64,000 nt of DNA from the human T2T-CHM13v2.0 reference genome, Homo sapiens: NCBI RefSeq assembly GCF_009914755.1, contig NC_060945.1. One strand, written 5' to 3'. The notes beneath the pieces are model-generated. The model did not search any database and was not told the origin of the DNA. It worked only from the letters and a program-made list of their open reading frames with translations. Below, one piece after another: positions 27,860 to 42,625 of this stretch (position 1 is its first letter; the number at the start of each line of letters is the position of its first letter). Made by a program: the position numbers and the translations under genes.

Positions 27860-28095
27860 GAGTTGAATATAGTAAATAAGAGTAAAATATCTGTAATGTG
27901 CTTTCTAGGCTCAAATTTTACCTCTACTATCCATAGCTGTCTGACCACTGTTAACTACATGCTTCAGCTGCCCTATCTGCAAATGGGATTGTAATAATGA
28001 TACCTACCCCACAAGGAAATTTAGAAAATCAAATCTTTTGATACATACCAGACACTTTGAATAGTGTTTGGTTCATAGTAGGAACCAGAATACTA
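27860..28095 (+). mobile_element. MIR
   Basis: Core ctatctgcaaatgggattgtaataatgatacctacc. Confidence 0.65.
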
Positions 28096-29282
28096 GAATA
28101 AATTTTGCTGTCTTTACTTATTTCATCCCATCCCTGTTTTTCTGGATAGAAGCTTCAGTAGAGAGTTGATCAATTGAATAAGAGAACTCAGGCATGCTTA
28201 AGTTCTCATTTAGGGGCATTATGTCCTTGAAGCTGAAGGGAAGAGAAACTCTGCATTGAGGATGTACATCTAACAACAGAGAAAGTCACATCCTGGTTTT
28301 ACTGAGAAGGGGAAAGTCCTACCAAGTTCCCCAACACACATAGCACAAGCAGGGGGAGATACAATGATTGGTTCTCACCCAGGTGGATCTGAGTGGAGAC
28401 TCATTGATTTCCTTACTACAACCAAAGACTGTTCTGGCTGTAGAGACCCAAGGATGTAACACTTCATGCTAGGTAATGGATTGAACAGAGTTTTATTTTT
28501 GTGGCAGTGGAAAATGGCAATATGTGTTATGCCATCCAAAGGTGTCAGTGCAGAACAGGTATGGTCCTCCTCAAAACCAACAGCATATCACTGCACATCG
28601 AAGCACACCTCAGGCAGAGAATGAGGAGTGGTAATGTCTTTATTGTAATTGTATTTTAATACTGACAACCAGAAAGTGATTGAATTTTGTTGAGTTTACC
28701 TGAAAGGGACAAGAATAAATGTTTTGCCATTTAGTGGAAATAATGAATCAAGATAGAATTTGGTATAACAGTAAAATAAAGTGCATTTGTACGTTTGTAA
28801 AGTTGTATCCTGTAAAAATGTTACCTGACTTATGTATTTAAAGTGAAATAAACTGTTCTATCTCTGAAGAAATATTGGGCAATATTACAGATCTCATACT
28901 CGAAAGACTTGCCCCTTAGGCACATCTGTCTCCCCAAAGCCATGCAGACAGACTTCTTCAACTGCAACTGGTAGATGAATGTAAAGGAATTAACAAGCCA
29001 AAACCAATTTGAATCAGATGAGATTTGCATAGTTTCTGTTATTTCATAGAATCTCATCATGAAATTTTAGTATGTGCTCTCAGGAAAAAAGGATGTTAAA
29101 ACCAGGTTAAAAAAAATCTGTCATTCAAATCACATTCTTTGATTGTGAAAATCTTGACACAACACTAGAGGAATCCTAGCTATGAAGGCTTCACTATGCC
29201 TAATGAAATAAGAGATTTATGAGAGTGTTGCCTTGGCGGTGTTAGCGGTCAACCCAAAATAATTCATAATAAGAGCAACATT

Positions 29283-29326
29283 GCCTGTGATTTGCCACAC
29301 CTACTACTGAGGAAGTATAAAAGACC
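29283..29326 (+). promoter_or_regulatory. KRTAP20-1 proximal promoter
   Basis: gcctgtgatttgccacacc...ctgaggaagTATAAAA. Confidence 0.8.
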
Positions 29327-29394
29327 TGTGAAGATGGAGATGTTCAAATTCAAGAACATCCTCTTCTACACCTGAACCATCCATTTCTGACACC

Positions 29395-29565
29395 ATGATT
29401 TACTACAGCAACTATTATGGTGGCTATGGGTATGGTGGGCTTGGCTGTGGCTATGGCTGTGGTTATCGTGGCTATGGATGTGGTTATGGTGGCTATGGAG
29501 GCTATGGAAATGGCTACTACTGCCCATCTTGCTATGGAAGATATTGGTCATATGGTTTCTACTGA
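29395..29565 (+). CDS. KRTAP20-1: Keratin-associated protein 20-1 (56 aa)
   Basis: Hand translation [56 protein letters not shown]; TATAAAA 29316-29322; AATAAA 29774-29779. Confidence 0.94.
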   Translation: MIYYSNYYGGYGYGGLGCGYGCGYRGYGCGYGGYGGYGNGYYCPSCYGRYWSYGFY

Positions 29566-29773
29566 ACAATTCTAGAGCTCACCAGATTTGTCTGCTTGTG
29601 AAACCTGGATTCTCATGCTGCTCTTGTTCATCTGATCCTGTGTCTTCAAAACAGCAGAAACCTAAACTAGGCTATTATCAAAGAACTACAGATGCTGTCT
29701 TTCTCTGGTTCTGTTGTGCAAGATGATAAAGAATAGGTTTTAAAATGCAATTCTTTGATTCTTAAGTCCTTTA

Positions 29774-29779
29774 AATAAA
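29774..29779 (+). terminator. Poly(A) signal of KRTAP20-1
   Basis: AATAAA followed by a GT-rich element. Confidence 0.7.
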
Positions 29780-30939
29780 TTTAGTCTGTTTGCAAATATA
29801 GTGTGTTTTCATGTTTATTATTTTCATTGTCAACTTTGCATGTGGATGATGGTAAGATGGAAACCTGTGGATAATTACTATCCCAAGGGGTTGACACTAC
29901 ATCTTATTTCATTTTCCTATTTTTTGTCCTTCTGTATATTTCTCACACTATTTAAAACTGAGCTTCTGTAGGGACACAGTTGATTGCTTTCTCTTCAAAT
30001 AATTTCTACTTGTAGCTTGACAAGCTACACACCTAAGGCTGGTGGCTGCATGCTGCTGACTGTCCTTGTTTCTCCAGAGCACATAGAAACACATACACAT
30101 TTTAAGTTGTGGCTTCCATGAGTTTTCCAAGTTGTCTGCCTTCTGGTAGCTTCATCACTATGAAGCCTCTCAGTTGCCTGATGTTGTTGATATAGATCCT
30201 GTATACAGGAAGTGCTGTGCCATGTCTGGGAACCTGGATGTCTTTATAGGAAATCTCTTTATGATAGGCGATTTTGATAATGAAGTTCATTTCATATTTC
30301 ATTGCATTCATGCAACAGCTCCTAAAGTATTCTAGGCATGCTGCTATATTGGGAGAGAGCATCTTTTCATGAATATTCAAGATTATTTCTGTTGTAATAT
30401 TACTAAATTTTATCTAGTTGTATACTTTATAAAACTGGTATTTGTGTACTATTAGAATATTCTAATTGGGTTTTACATTTTTTCCAAACGGAAGAGTTTT
30501 AGTGAATTTTTACCACATGGTATGAAAATCAAACTTCTCAATTAATCTGTAAAAATAAACTATTGACATTAAGGAAACTATATTAGGGAAATTTAAAAAA
30601 CAAGTTATACAACTAGATAATGGGATTAAAAGTTTGTATCATGATTTAATGAATACAGCAAACAATATATCTTTTCCAGTAATTAGAATAAAATGAATCT
30701 AGAAACAGAACTCCAAATCTATGCATTGCCAGTTCTTAAAATTTTCTAAAATATCAAAACATACCTAAAATAATATATTTACTATTATACATATTGTATA
30801 TGTGTTATTGCTAATGATTATTAGCAATAACACATGTATAAAATTTATAAATAAATGGTTGAATTGAAATTGGGAATGCAGGTTCAAAATATTTACAGTA
30901 TGGTTTTCTCATCTCACAAGTTTGAAGATCTCTGCTCTC

Positions 30940-31398
30940 GACCAAATTTTCTCAAGGTGTGGTCTAGGGACGCATGTGGGAACCAAAGACCCTTTTGAGG
31001 TCTCGATAAGGGCAAAATTATTTTCATAATACATTTTTCATTTTTACTGCCATACATTCATGAATGAACGGTGGAATTTTCCAGATATATGCATGTTATC
31101 ACAACAGACTAAAAGCTAAATCAGATATGAGAAACTGTCTTCCATTAAGCGAGACATTAAAGAGATTGACCAAACATGTAAAACATTCCACTATTCCTAA
31201 GAAGTTTTTGCTCTAAAAAAATTATGTTTCTAAAAATATGAAATTATGACTGTTATTTTGAAATTGATTAACTCATATTTTAAAATCATCAATTTTAATT
31301 TTAAAAAGATGAATATCAGTAAATATAACACATAAAGAATGGCTTTTCAAGATCCTCAGTAAGTTCTTTTATGATCGAAGAGTTTTAAAATCATTACT
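30940..31398. mobile_element. hAT-Charlie-like DNA transposon relic
   Basis: ttctcaaggtgtggtc...aaaattattttcataata...agttttaaaatcattac. Confidence 0.5.
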
Positions 31399-33512
31399 CC
31401 AAACAAACTAATCCTATCCACCATTATTTCTTGGTGGTACGTTACTTGAGACAGAAGCATGCCTGAAATATTTTGGTTTAAATCCTCAAATATGGGAGTT
31501 ATTTAATTAGGAAATAACACTATGCTCTTTGACTCTCTGTGTGTTGGTTTTAAAAAGTATGGTTCAAATAATAGATACATATTCCAACAAGAATTTTAAA
31601 AGAAAAGTGACAAAGTCTTCAATATCTCAAATATAAGAACTCAAGTGACTAACCCTACTTAAAATTCACTTTCTAGGGGCAATTAATCTGTATAGCATAA
31701 ACGAGATTCTTTTAAAAGAGAATAATATAGCCCATGGCTTTTCTTTTCTTATATTTGCTGCCATCGTTCCCAGGGATATATTTAATTTTTAAGTGGAAAC
31801 ACTGTCTAAAATTTGGTTCCTAGCAGAATTTTCTCATTCCTTTTTCTATATTGTTGTATTAGATAGGAGTAGAATTTATTGCAAGTGATAGAAATAGTGT
31901 ACATTTTAAGAATGTATTTCTCTTTCACATAATCAAAGTCTGGATTTAAGTCATCTCTAGCTGGTTTCTAGTCCTCAGTGACCCAGACTCATTCTAAATC
32001 ATTGCTTCATCATTCATAAGATGTAACCTTCATCTTCATAGTCAAAGATGGTGGCATTTGTGTCCTAGGGAAGAGGACCAAGAAATATACAAAGAAGATG
32101 ATAGACTCCATGCAACTTGAATCTTAAGGAAGGATCCAGAAAGCCGTCATATTATACCTTAAATTTTATGCATTGTTCAGAACTTCATCACATGACTAGA
32201 GTGGGTTTCAAAGAAGCTTGGGAAATTTAGAGGATTTTTTTCCTAAGTTGATCATGCCCAGCATAAAAAAAGAACTATTATATTCAAAGAAGGGGAGAAT
32301 AGTGAAAACAAAGCAACTATTCATCTTTATTACCACTAGAGTCCATCAAGTTTGGCAAACAATATTGGTAACCAGCATAGTACTATAATGAACATCTCAG
32401 GTCAGTTATATCAAAACATCATAATAAAATTCTTTTTAATATATAAGCACCTTTTAAAATGTACATATATATTTATGTATGTCCACTTGCTTGTTACTGC
32501 AGATTAGTATGTGATCTTGTTTAGGCAATAAGAGATCCACTGTATGTTTTATTTTTTTTAAATAACAACATCTATTGGTTTTAAGTTTGTCAGAAAAAGC
32601 ACCAAATTATTAAATGTAAATATTTAAGCTAAAAGTTGGAACAGGAAGTCCTCTAGGTCAAGCTTAGCACTTAGATGTGTGTTTACTTAGATGTATGTAC
32701 TAAGTACTTATCTTAGTCCTCAGATGTGTGTCCTTACTTGTTTACAACAAATACTCCTTATTCCCCCAGGTGACTGCTATATGGATCCACTACCCTATTT
32801 CATATATTTATTTTCCACTGTCTCAAAAACGCTTTCCTGGAGAAGTCCAAAGAGAACATCAAAACAAATGTGAAAATACGGGAACCCGAGAGGTGAGATG
32901 TGGGAGATCTCACACCAATACTTCGATTTCTAAATAAATGTTTACAGTGATCTGACATAGAAGCAAAATCATGCTAACAAATAAATAAGACTCTCAAGAT
33001 AAAAAAAAACATATGTGACTTTATATTAGCATTTTATTGTAAATGTGGTCAGTTCACTGTTAATAATCAATATAAAATATTATTTGGGATGAAAAGTTAT
33101 TTACCCCAAGGAAAGAAATTGTGTAATTTACAAGATATTTTACTTCAGATAACTTTCCACTTGTATCACTTCCTCACTCAAATAAATATACTTCCAGTTT
33201 CTGTTTGCATATTTGACTCACCAGTAGAAATCATTAGAAGTAAAGAAAAAAATCTGGATCAGAGGGCTTGCATATTGTTAACATTTTAAGGAACCTGAGT
33301 CTAGACTTTAATAACAAACAAGAGTGAGAAGATCACCAAGACACAGGAAGCATCTTCTAATTAAGGGCATGTAACATTATTATTGAGTTTCAGACAAAAT
33401 GGTTACATTTTTATAAGGATATCTGTACTTACTGAAATAAATTTCGTCAAGTTTTATTATGCAGCTTTCTCTGAAATATGAAACCGAACGGCCTCATACA
33501 CTATTGAAGATG

Positions 33513-33519
33513 TATAAAA
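33513..33519 (+). promoter_or_regulatory. KRTAP20-4 TATA box
   Basis: TATAAAA 86 nt upstream of the ATG. Confidence 0.75.
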
Positions 33520-33598
33520 TTTCATTTGCAGATGGTGACATTCAAACTGAGAAAAATAATTCCCTGATCCACAACTGAAACATCCACTTCTGAACACC

Positions 33599-33733
33599 AT
33601 GTCCTACTACAGCCATCTTTCTGGTGGCCTGGGCTGCGGCTTGGCTGTGGCTGTGACTATGGGAAGGACTGTGGCTGTGGCTGAGTATGGCAGGTGCAGA
33701 CATGGCTGCCACTCATCTTACTCTGCCAGGTAA
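33599..33733 (+). CDS. KRTAP20-4: Putative keratin-associated protein 20-4 (44 aa, degenerate)
   Basis: Hand translation MSYYSHLSGGLGCGLAVAVTMGRTVAVAEYGRCRHGCHSSYSAR*; TATAAAA 33513-33519; AATAAA 33983-33988; central part is out of the family frame. Confidence 0.8.
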   Translation: MSYYSHLSGGLGCGLAVAVTMGRTVAVAEYGRCRHGCHSSYSAR

Positions 33734-34552
33734 TGACACCATGGATTCCACTGAGGAACACCTAGAGCAGTTCAGTCTACTGCACTCCTCCAGCTTGATT
33801 TCCTGATTCTGTTTCTATAATTTTTCACGTGAGTAATTATATTTGCTATACAAACTCTGATAGCTCATCCTGGTGAACTTGAAGAACACAAAGTTCAGAC
33901 CTGTCATGCTTCTGAATTCATGAAAAGAGCCAAAAATTTGTCAAAAATTATAGGTAAGTTTTATCTTTAATATTGTGCTACCAATAAATTTATTTTATAT
34001 TTTCAATCAGTATCTTTCATATGAAAAAAATTTAAGTTCTATTTTAATTGATTGTTTTCTCATATTCAGGATGGTTCTACTTTATTCTACATTAATTTGT
34101 ATAGAACTGTGAGGAACTGCTTTTGGGCGCTGCCTTTCATGCTATTCTGAGATGACACTGTTTCAAAAAAGATAAGCATAAAATCATCAGTCCATTATAA
34201 TAACATGGGTATAAAAGCTACTTTCAAATGTACCTACAGGCAGCATTATTACCTATACATAAGGAAGCAAAATGTCATTTGACACAATAATAGTCCCATT
34301 TCCTGTTAACATATGCTAGGGCTATCTTTCTAAAACCCCACAGCTAGGTTGTCTCATTCAGATCTGTGCCTTCAGGTGGATAGAAATTGTCTTTTCTGCT
34401 TTCCACACTTCTTGCTGCTCCTCTCAGTTCTATAGCAAAAGAGGACAACACGTATCTCAGGTCCACCTTTCACTTGCATTGGGATATATTAACCTTGTTC
34501 ATCCAATTTCTAATTTAAAGAAAACAAAACTGCTTTTTTGAATTATTCTAGC

Positions 34553-34852
<300 letters not shown>

Positions 34853-35921
34853 TAATTATTCTAGTTTTCTTCTCCAAGCCAACCTAATAAGGAATAGGAA
34901 TCTCCAATTCATAAAACGTCAGTGAGGAGCAATGTTTCTCAACATCCTATGTATGATTCACACAATATTCTTAAATATCAATACACGTGATGCAAGCACT
35001 CCAGAGAGTTCAAAGAAAAGTATTCATTATTTTTAAAACTTTTAATGGCATGATGTGGGAAATGTATTTTTTCCCATATTTTAAGAAGCCCTATTTTACT
35101 ACATCAACAACTGATTTAAAATATCCTCCTCCAGTGTTTTATCTGATACAGTGGATTTTTCTCAAAGTCTCTTGCCTAACTGACACATTCTCAAGTGATG
35201 AATAATAAAAAAACACATTATTCCACACCCTATCATTGATAAAGGATCACAGCCCTGCAGCTAGAATAGTTGCCGCCTAATAAATATTTTGAATAAATAA
35301 ATGAATGACAATGAATCATGTTGAAAATTTCATGTCTTTCTAGAATTTCTTATTTTTTATAGCAGAATGTGGAAGTAGGAATGAACTATCACAAAAGTCT
35401 TGATATACAAGTAAAGTTATTTTGCCCAGAGTATTGGCTGTCTGTTTGTATGCTCTGTGTGGAGTACTCGGGATAGAGCATAGCTTTTGCATAAGAGGAA
35501 ATATGGACATTCCCAGTGTCTCACTCGTCTATATTATGACTGTGAATAGACTGAGAAACAAATTATATGCATCGCTGTTTGATCATTCTGTTAAACAGAT
35601 CAAAACCATTTCTTCAAAATGGAATACAATAACTGCTTAATACATGATGTATATATGCATTACTTCAGCCATATTTAGCTATGCTATCCTTCAAGCAATT
35701 CCATGTGAATATCATTGTGTAGCTATGTTTCAGTCAACTAGACACATCACTGTGTCTTCTCTATTCGTTTTTTTCAAATCCACCTCTTTTGCTTCTTACA
35801 TCTGCTATCCAGCCTGTCAGTGAGAAGTACTTCAAATGCTGTTCATCTTAAAGCCTAATCTGATTGATAGCTTCTTCTTGGAGAGAATCTAAGCTCTTTC
35901 ACTAGAGAGAGGTGTTCTGTG

Positions 35922-36220
35922 GGCTGGGAGCAGTGGCTGATGCCTGTAATCCCAGCACTTTGGGAGGCCGAGTCAGGCAGATCACCTGAGGTCAGGAGTT
36001 GGAGACCAGCCTGGCCAACATGGTGCAACCCCATCTCTACTAAAAATACAAAAGTTAGCTGGGCGTGGTGGTCCACGCCTGTAATCCCAGGTACTCCGGG
36101 AGGCTAAGGCAGGAGAATCACTTGAATCTGGGAGGCGGAGGTTGCAGTGAGCCGAGATCATGTCACTACACTCCAACCTGGGCAAGAGAGTGAGACCGTG
36201 TCTGAAAAAAAAGGAAAAAA
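35922..36220 (+). mobile_element. Alu (Sx-like)
   Basis: Full dimer. Confidence 0.95.
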
Positions 36221-36827
36221 GAGAGAGGGGTTCGCTCTCTGCATTAGGCACCTGCTTCATCCAGTTGCCTTCTGAACAGAATTCGAAACTCACATATGTA
36301 ATTATGTGTTCCTCGTGTCCATTTTCAGTTGCTTTATTCAAATACCTCACTCCATGGTGTGTACAACACTGTGCCAGGTTCTCAATACCAGAGGAGGACT
36401 CCCACTTCCTGGAGGATAACAAAGCTCATCCCAATGCCAGCATTAGGAATAAAAGTCCAAACACTTTTGCCCACTGCATCTTGGTAACAGAGTTGCCAAG
36501 GGAAACACAACAGCATCAAGCACAGGATGGAGCAATGCTTTTACTCACATCAGAAGAGACAAGGTGAGATCAGCTCCAACAGCGTGTGCCCATCCCTCAT
36601 AGCTAGCGGGTCCCCAGGTTGCCACACAAGGCAATGAGACTATGCACACCCTTCTGGAGCCACAGTAAAAGGACCCCTCCCCATCACCCATGGAGTCTGA
36701 GATACTGAAAGCTAGGAGCACGTCTTGCCTAAGAGCCATTGACTTACAATCTTAGGCACACACTGAGCTTCAAACAGGTAATGCATCCCTACACAAGATG
36801 ATAAACCTGGCACTGATTATATAGGCC

Positions 36828-37135
36828 TTTTTTTTTTTTTTTTTTTGGACGGAGTCTCTCTCTCTTTCCCAGGCTGGAACGCAGTGGTGCAATCTCGGCT
36901 CACTTCAGACTCCACCTCCCAGGTTCAAGGGATTCCCCTGCCTCAGCCTCCTGAGTAGCTGGGATTGCAGGCATCTGCCATCACGCCAAGCTAATTTTTT
37001 TTTTTTTTTGTATTTTTGTAGAGACAGGGTTTCACCATGTTGGCCAGGCTGATCTTGAACTTCTGACCTCAGGTGATCCACCTGCCTCGGCCTCCCAAAG
37101 TGCGGGATTACAGGCATGAGACACCATGCTCAGCC
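36828..37135 (-). mobile_element. Alu (S type)
   Basis: Full dimer; TSD ~taggc(c)tttt. Confidence 0.95.
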
Positions 37136-37280
37136 CTGTAGGCTTTTTGTCTTTTGGCAAGGAAGTGTTCCAGGAACAAGACCCATTTTTATAGCGTTAA
37201 GTGGGAATCAAAAGACTGCATGCAAGCGACCAGCTTTCCCAACACACCAGAGCACGAGGACAGCTGTAGACACTAGGAAC

Positions 37281-39380
37281 TGTATTAGGCCATTCTTGCA
37301 TTGCTGAAAAGAAATATCTAAGACTGCGTTACTTGTAAGAATAGGGGTTTCATCGTCTCATGGTTCTGCAGGCTGCACAAGAAGCACTGTGGCATCTGTT
37401 TCTGGGGGGTGCCTCAGGAAGCTTCCAATCATGGCAAAAGGTGAAGAGGGAGCAGGCATATCATGTGTCAAAAGCAGGAGCAAATGCAGAGCAGGGAGGT
37501 GCCAGATACTTTCAAATGACCAGCTCTCATGACCACTCACTATCATACTATCACAAAGACAGCACCAGGCCATAAGGAATCTGCCTCCGTGATCCAAACA
37601 CCTCTCACCAAGGCCCACCTCCAGCAATGGGTATTACAATTCAATATGAGATTTGGGTGGGACCACATAGCCAAACTATATCATTCCATCCCTGGCCTCC
37701 CCCAAATCTCATATCCTTCTCACATTGCAAAATATAATTATGTCTTCCCAACAGACCCTCTTAAGTCTTAACTCATTCCAGTATTCGCTCAAAACTCCAA
37801 AGTCTCATCTGAGACAAGGCAAATCCCTTGCACCTATGAACCTGTAAAATTGTTTTTTAAAAAGTTATCTGCTTCCAAGATGCAATGGGGGTATAGGCAT
37901 TGAGTAAACATTCCCATTTCAAAAGGGAGAAATTGGTCAAAATAAATGGGCTACAGGCCTCATGCAAGTATGAAACCCAACAGGGTAGTCATTAAATCTT
38001 AAAAATCCAAAATAATCTCCTTTGACTCCATATCCTACATCCAGGGCACACTGGTCCAAGGGGTGGGCTACCAAGGCCTTGGACAACTCCACCCCTGTGG
38101 CTTTGCATGGTGCAGTCCTGGTAGCTGCTCTCATAGGTTGTTGCAGAGTTCTTGTAACTTTTCTAGGCATAGAGTACCATCTGGAGAGAGATGGCCTTTT
38201 CACAGCTCTACTAGGCAGTGCCCCAGTGGGGACTCTGTGTGAAGCCTCCAATCCCATATTTCCCCTCCACACTGTCCTACTAGAGTTTCTCTGTGGGGGC
38301 TCCATGCTGTAGCAGGAATCTGCCTGGACACCCAGGCTTTTTCATACATCCTTTGAAATCTAGGCAGAGGTTACCAAGAATCCACCACTCTTGCACTCTG
38401 TGAACCAGCAGGCTTAACACCATTGGAAGCCACCAAGGCTTATGGCTTGCACCATCCAGAGCAGCAGCCTGAGCTATACCTGAGCCCCTTTGAGCCAAGG
38501 CTGCAGTCGGAATAGCAGGTATGTGGACAGTGTTGTCCTAAGGCTGCACAGGGGCAGCAGGGCCCCGGGCGTGGTCCAGGAAACTGTTCTTTCCTGCTAG
38601 GCTTCTGGGCCTGTGATGGGAGGGGCTGCCGTGAAGGTCTCTGAAATATTCTTGAGGCCTTTTCCTCATTGTCTTGGCTATTAGCACTTGGCTCCTTTGT
38701 AATTATGCAAATATCTCTAGTAAGTGGTAGCACTACAGCCTGCTTGAATTCCTCTCCAGAAAAACACTTTTCTTTCTTTGGCACATAACCAGGCTGCAAC
38801 TTTTCCAAACTTTTGTGCTCTGCTTCCTGTTTAAATATAAATTCCAACTTTAAGTCATTTATTTGTTCCTGCATCTGAATTTAGGCTGTTAGGAGCAGCC
38901 AAGACAACAGCTTGTATGCCTTGTTGCTTAGAAATTTCTTGCCAGATACCCTAGGTCACTACTCTCAAGTGAAAACTTCCACAGATCCCTAGGTTATGAA
39001 CAGAATGCAGCCAAGTTCTTTGCTAAGGCATAACACGTGTGACCTTTGCTCCAGTTGCCAATAATTTCCTCATTTCCATCTGAGATCTCATCAGCCTGGC
39101 CTTCACTGTCCATATCACTAACAGAATTTTGGTCACAGCCATTTAATGATTCTCTAAGAAGTTCCAAACCTTGCCTTATCTTCGTGTCTTCTTCTGAGCT
39201 CTCCAAATTCTTCCAACCCCTACCTCTTATCCAGTTTCAAAGATGCATCCACATTTTCAGATATCTTTATAGCAATGCCCCACTCCTCAGTACCAATTTT
39301 CTTGTTAGGGCATTTTTGCGTTGTTATAAATAAATACCTGAGGCTGAGTAATTTACAAGAAAAGAAGCTTAATTGGCTTA
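37281..39380 (-). mobile_element. MST-type MaLR provirus: LTR 37281-37683, internal region, truncated second LTR ~39302-39380
   Basis: tgtattaggcc...ccaaactatatca; MaLR internal sequence; second LTR start breaks off after ~80 bp. Confidence 0.9.
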
Positions 39381-39861
<481 letters not shown>

Positions 39862-42089
39862 GAAACTTCTAGAGAAACCCCAGGACTCCTTTCCCTATGT
39901 TACCCGACTCCATATTCTGTGTTCTTCTCTTTTTAAAATACTGATTATCTCATCTTAGGCTACTTTGGGAAGAGATAGTAGTTTAAATTCTACATCCATC
40001 ATTTAAATTGAATATAATCATCTGGAATAACTTACTTTATAAAAGAAATGTTTTCTCTTCATACCGTATTACGATTATTGCTCCACATACATTTTAGTTC
40101 AACATCCTTCATGCGAAAAAAAATTTTGTGTCAGTTTTCAAAAAAAATCCTATATTTACAATATTACTTATTTAACATTACTTTGTTAGACCTGTTACAT
40201 GCACATGTGTGTGTGACAGAGTATTATTGTGACAAAAATATTGCTTACATGCTGTGAAACTAAAAGTTCAAAGGCTTAAAATTAGTTATTTCTAAATGAA
40301 ACTTGCTTTTGATGAACCTGCAATTACTGCAGCCTTGCATATCTGATCATAAAATATTAGCCTATATGCTAAGTTTTTACCTAATGAATAAAACCCCACA
40401 ACAGCACCCCTATTTCTAATCACCATATTCTAGGTACATTGGTCTTTGGCTGCTTTCTTGTACGCTACATTTGAATATTTTGGACTGTGGTTGTGTTTGG
40501 AATTTTCATTTCACATTATTCTAAATGATCCCCTTCTATTTCCTAGCAGATATATTTAAGTCACATCCCATATCTAATCGTCACACACAAAGTGGGTCTG
40601 AACATCATTTTTGTCTTTGAGAATCTCTGGAAAGTATCACCCTCTTACCATATCAGCACATTAACCATACAAAATTAGATCACTGCTTTCTGGGAACAGT
40701 GGTTTTGAGTTTTGTGTTTCCAATTTCTGTTTTAAAGATATACAAACAAACTTACTTTTATATTGAATACAACTTTCCTTCAGACTCTGTTTAAAGAAAA
40801 AATGTCAGAGTTATATTATTTCTACATCATTCCCTTTAGGATTCCTTTTGATCTAACATTACATATTATTTTGACCTTTATTTGAAATTATAAGCTTTCG
40901 CTCAAATGATTGATAGAGTTACAGCAACTTTGAAATATCAATACGTCTCATGTTGCAGACATTATTCTTTAAAAGCAATATGTGTGTCCAGGCAACTGTT
41001 TCAAAATTGCAAATTTATATTAATTTCTTAAAATAGCTTATGGTATTAAGGACATTTGTGATTTGCCATAAAGTTTTAGAATTCATGCCCCTTTTTCTCA
41101 GCTTATAAAGCATTTTAATCTATCTTTCCTTCTGGGATAAAGCAATTTTCTCAAATGGCCTTCTACAAATATCCTAGGCTATCTTATAAGAGAGAAATTA
41201 AACACTAGTCAGGGCACAATACCATTGACAGAATTCACATGGTTCAGTACCGAGGACAGCCCCCGGCAACAGTAAGGATTGTAGTTATTTTTTTTTTATA
41301 TAAATGAATGAAAAACAAATTAATTAATGGATAAAGTTTATAAACTTTTGTTAAGGTTTTATATGATTTCCATACTTTTAAAATTAAAAACACGTGCAAA
41401 AACATGACTATTAAGATGTTCACACATTTATCTCGCTCCAGAGCCCCAATGCCCGAATTATTTTATTCTGTCCAAATGGTACTATTCAAATCTTTCCCAG
41501 GGTAAGCTCAGAGAGGAAGACAAATTCACTAGAAGTGGAAAGTGAGGAGGAGTTTGTACGCCATCATCCTTCACCCTATATTACTAGGGCCATGAATACA
41601 TGGAAAACAAATACTTTATACCAAACCCTCTGATGTTTCTGATGAAAAAATTGGATTGCACACTTAGGACTGTCTAACAAAATAAAACAAATTACTTTTA
41701 ATAAGTGGTTTTTCATCCAATTGCTCACATGTTTCTGTACGATTTGCCTTTAAATAATTGCTTCAGTAGCTTTCATGAAAATGGAATTTTGTAAATAAAA
41801 CGAAATATCATCATTTCCATTTTCTGGTTATAGTTTCAGAAGATAAATTTGAAACCATCAAGAAAATATTTGATGTTTTAAAAGTAGTCAGAAAAAGGAA
41901 CACTACAAATATTGGAAGGAAAACTCCAGTGAATCTGGTAGCATCAAATTTTAAGTATTGGCTTTCTGTTGATAGTCTCATGAAGCCAAGTGATATCTTT
42001 TGCCTTTTAGTAGTAAATAATTAATCATGTAAAAATGAGGATACTCTCAAGGAAAAAAAAGGTGGGGGAGTTGATGTAGCAGGGAAGAG

Positions 42090-42625
42090 ATGGAGAAAGT
42101 CAAGCTCAAAGAAGATTATCACGACTTGCTGAATATCAGCAAAAACAATAAACTTATGTCAACTCTATTGCTTGTCATGAGTCTACTCGTGAGCTGGGAA
42201 GTTTTCTGTTCATGGATGACTCCATTCATATCTCTCTTGTTGGCCACAGATTAAGTAGCCAGTGCTCTAAGATAGGAGGATCTCTCATATGTTTGAGGTT
42301 TTCCTGGCTGGAGGCTTAGGTGTCTGTTTCCTATCATGTGGTCTGTTATTCTCTAGGAGGTTTAGCAAGAGTTGTTCTTGTGAAAGCTGTGGAAGGATTC
42401 CAAAATAGTGAGTAGAAAAGCTTAATATCTCCTGAGGTCTATTCTAGAAGCTGGCACTTCCAATGTATTTTATTGGCCAAAACAAATCTCAAGACAAGCA
42501 AGGATTCAAGCAGTGGAAATGGGCTGCAGTCCTTGTTAGGAGAAGCTGCAAAATCATATTGCAAGGTGCCTAGATACAAGAAAGAATGAAGAATTTACAT
42601 TATTTTAGTAAGCAACTTACAACAC
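42090..42625 (-). mobile_element. MLT1-type LTR
   Basis: tattttattggccaaaacaaatctcaag...gctgcaaaatcatattgcaagg. Confidence 0.6.

Noticed and set aside
27700-27865. Patchy similarity to 2230-2460 (shared tataagagtgagt, gatcagag) that might polarise the KRTAP22-2 inversion
   Set aside because: Too short and AT-rich to trust by eye; needs a scored alignment.
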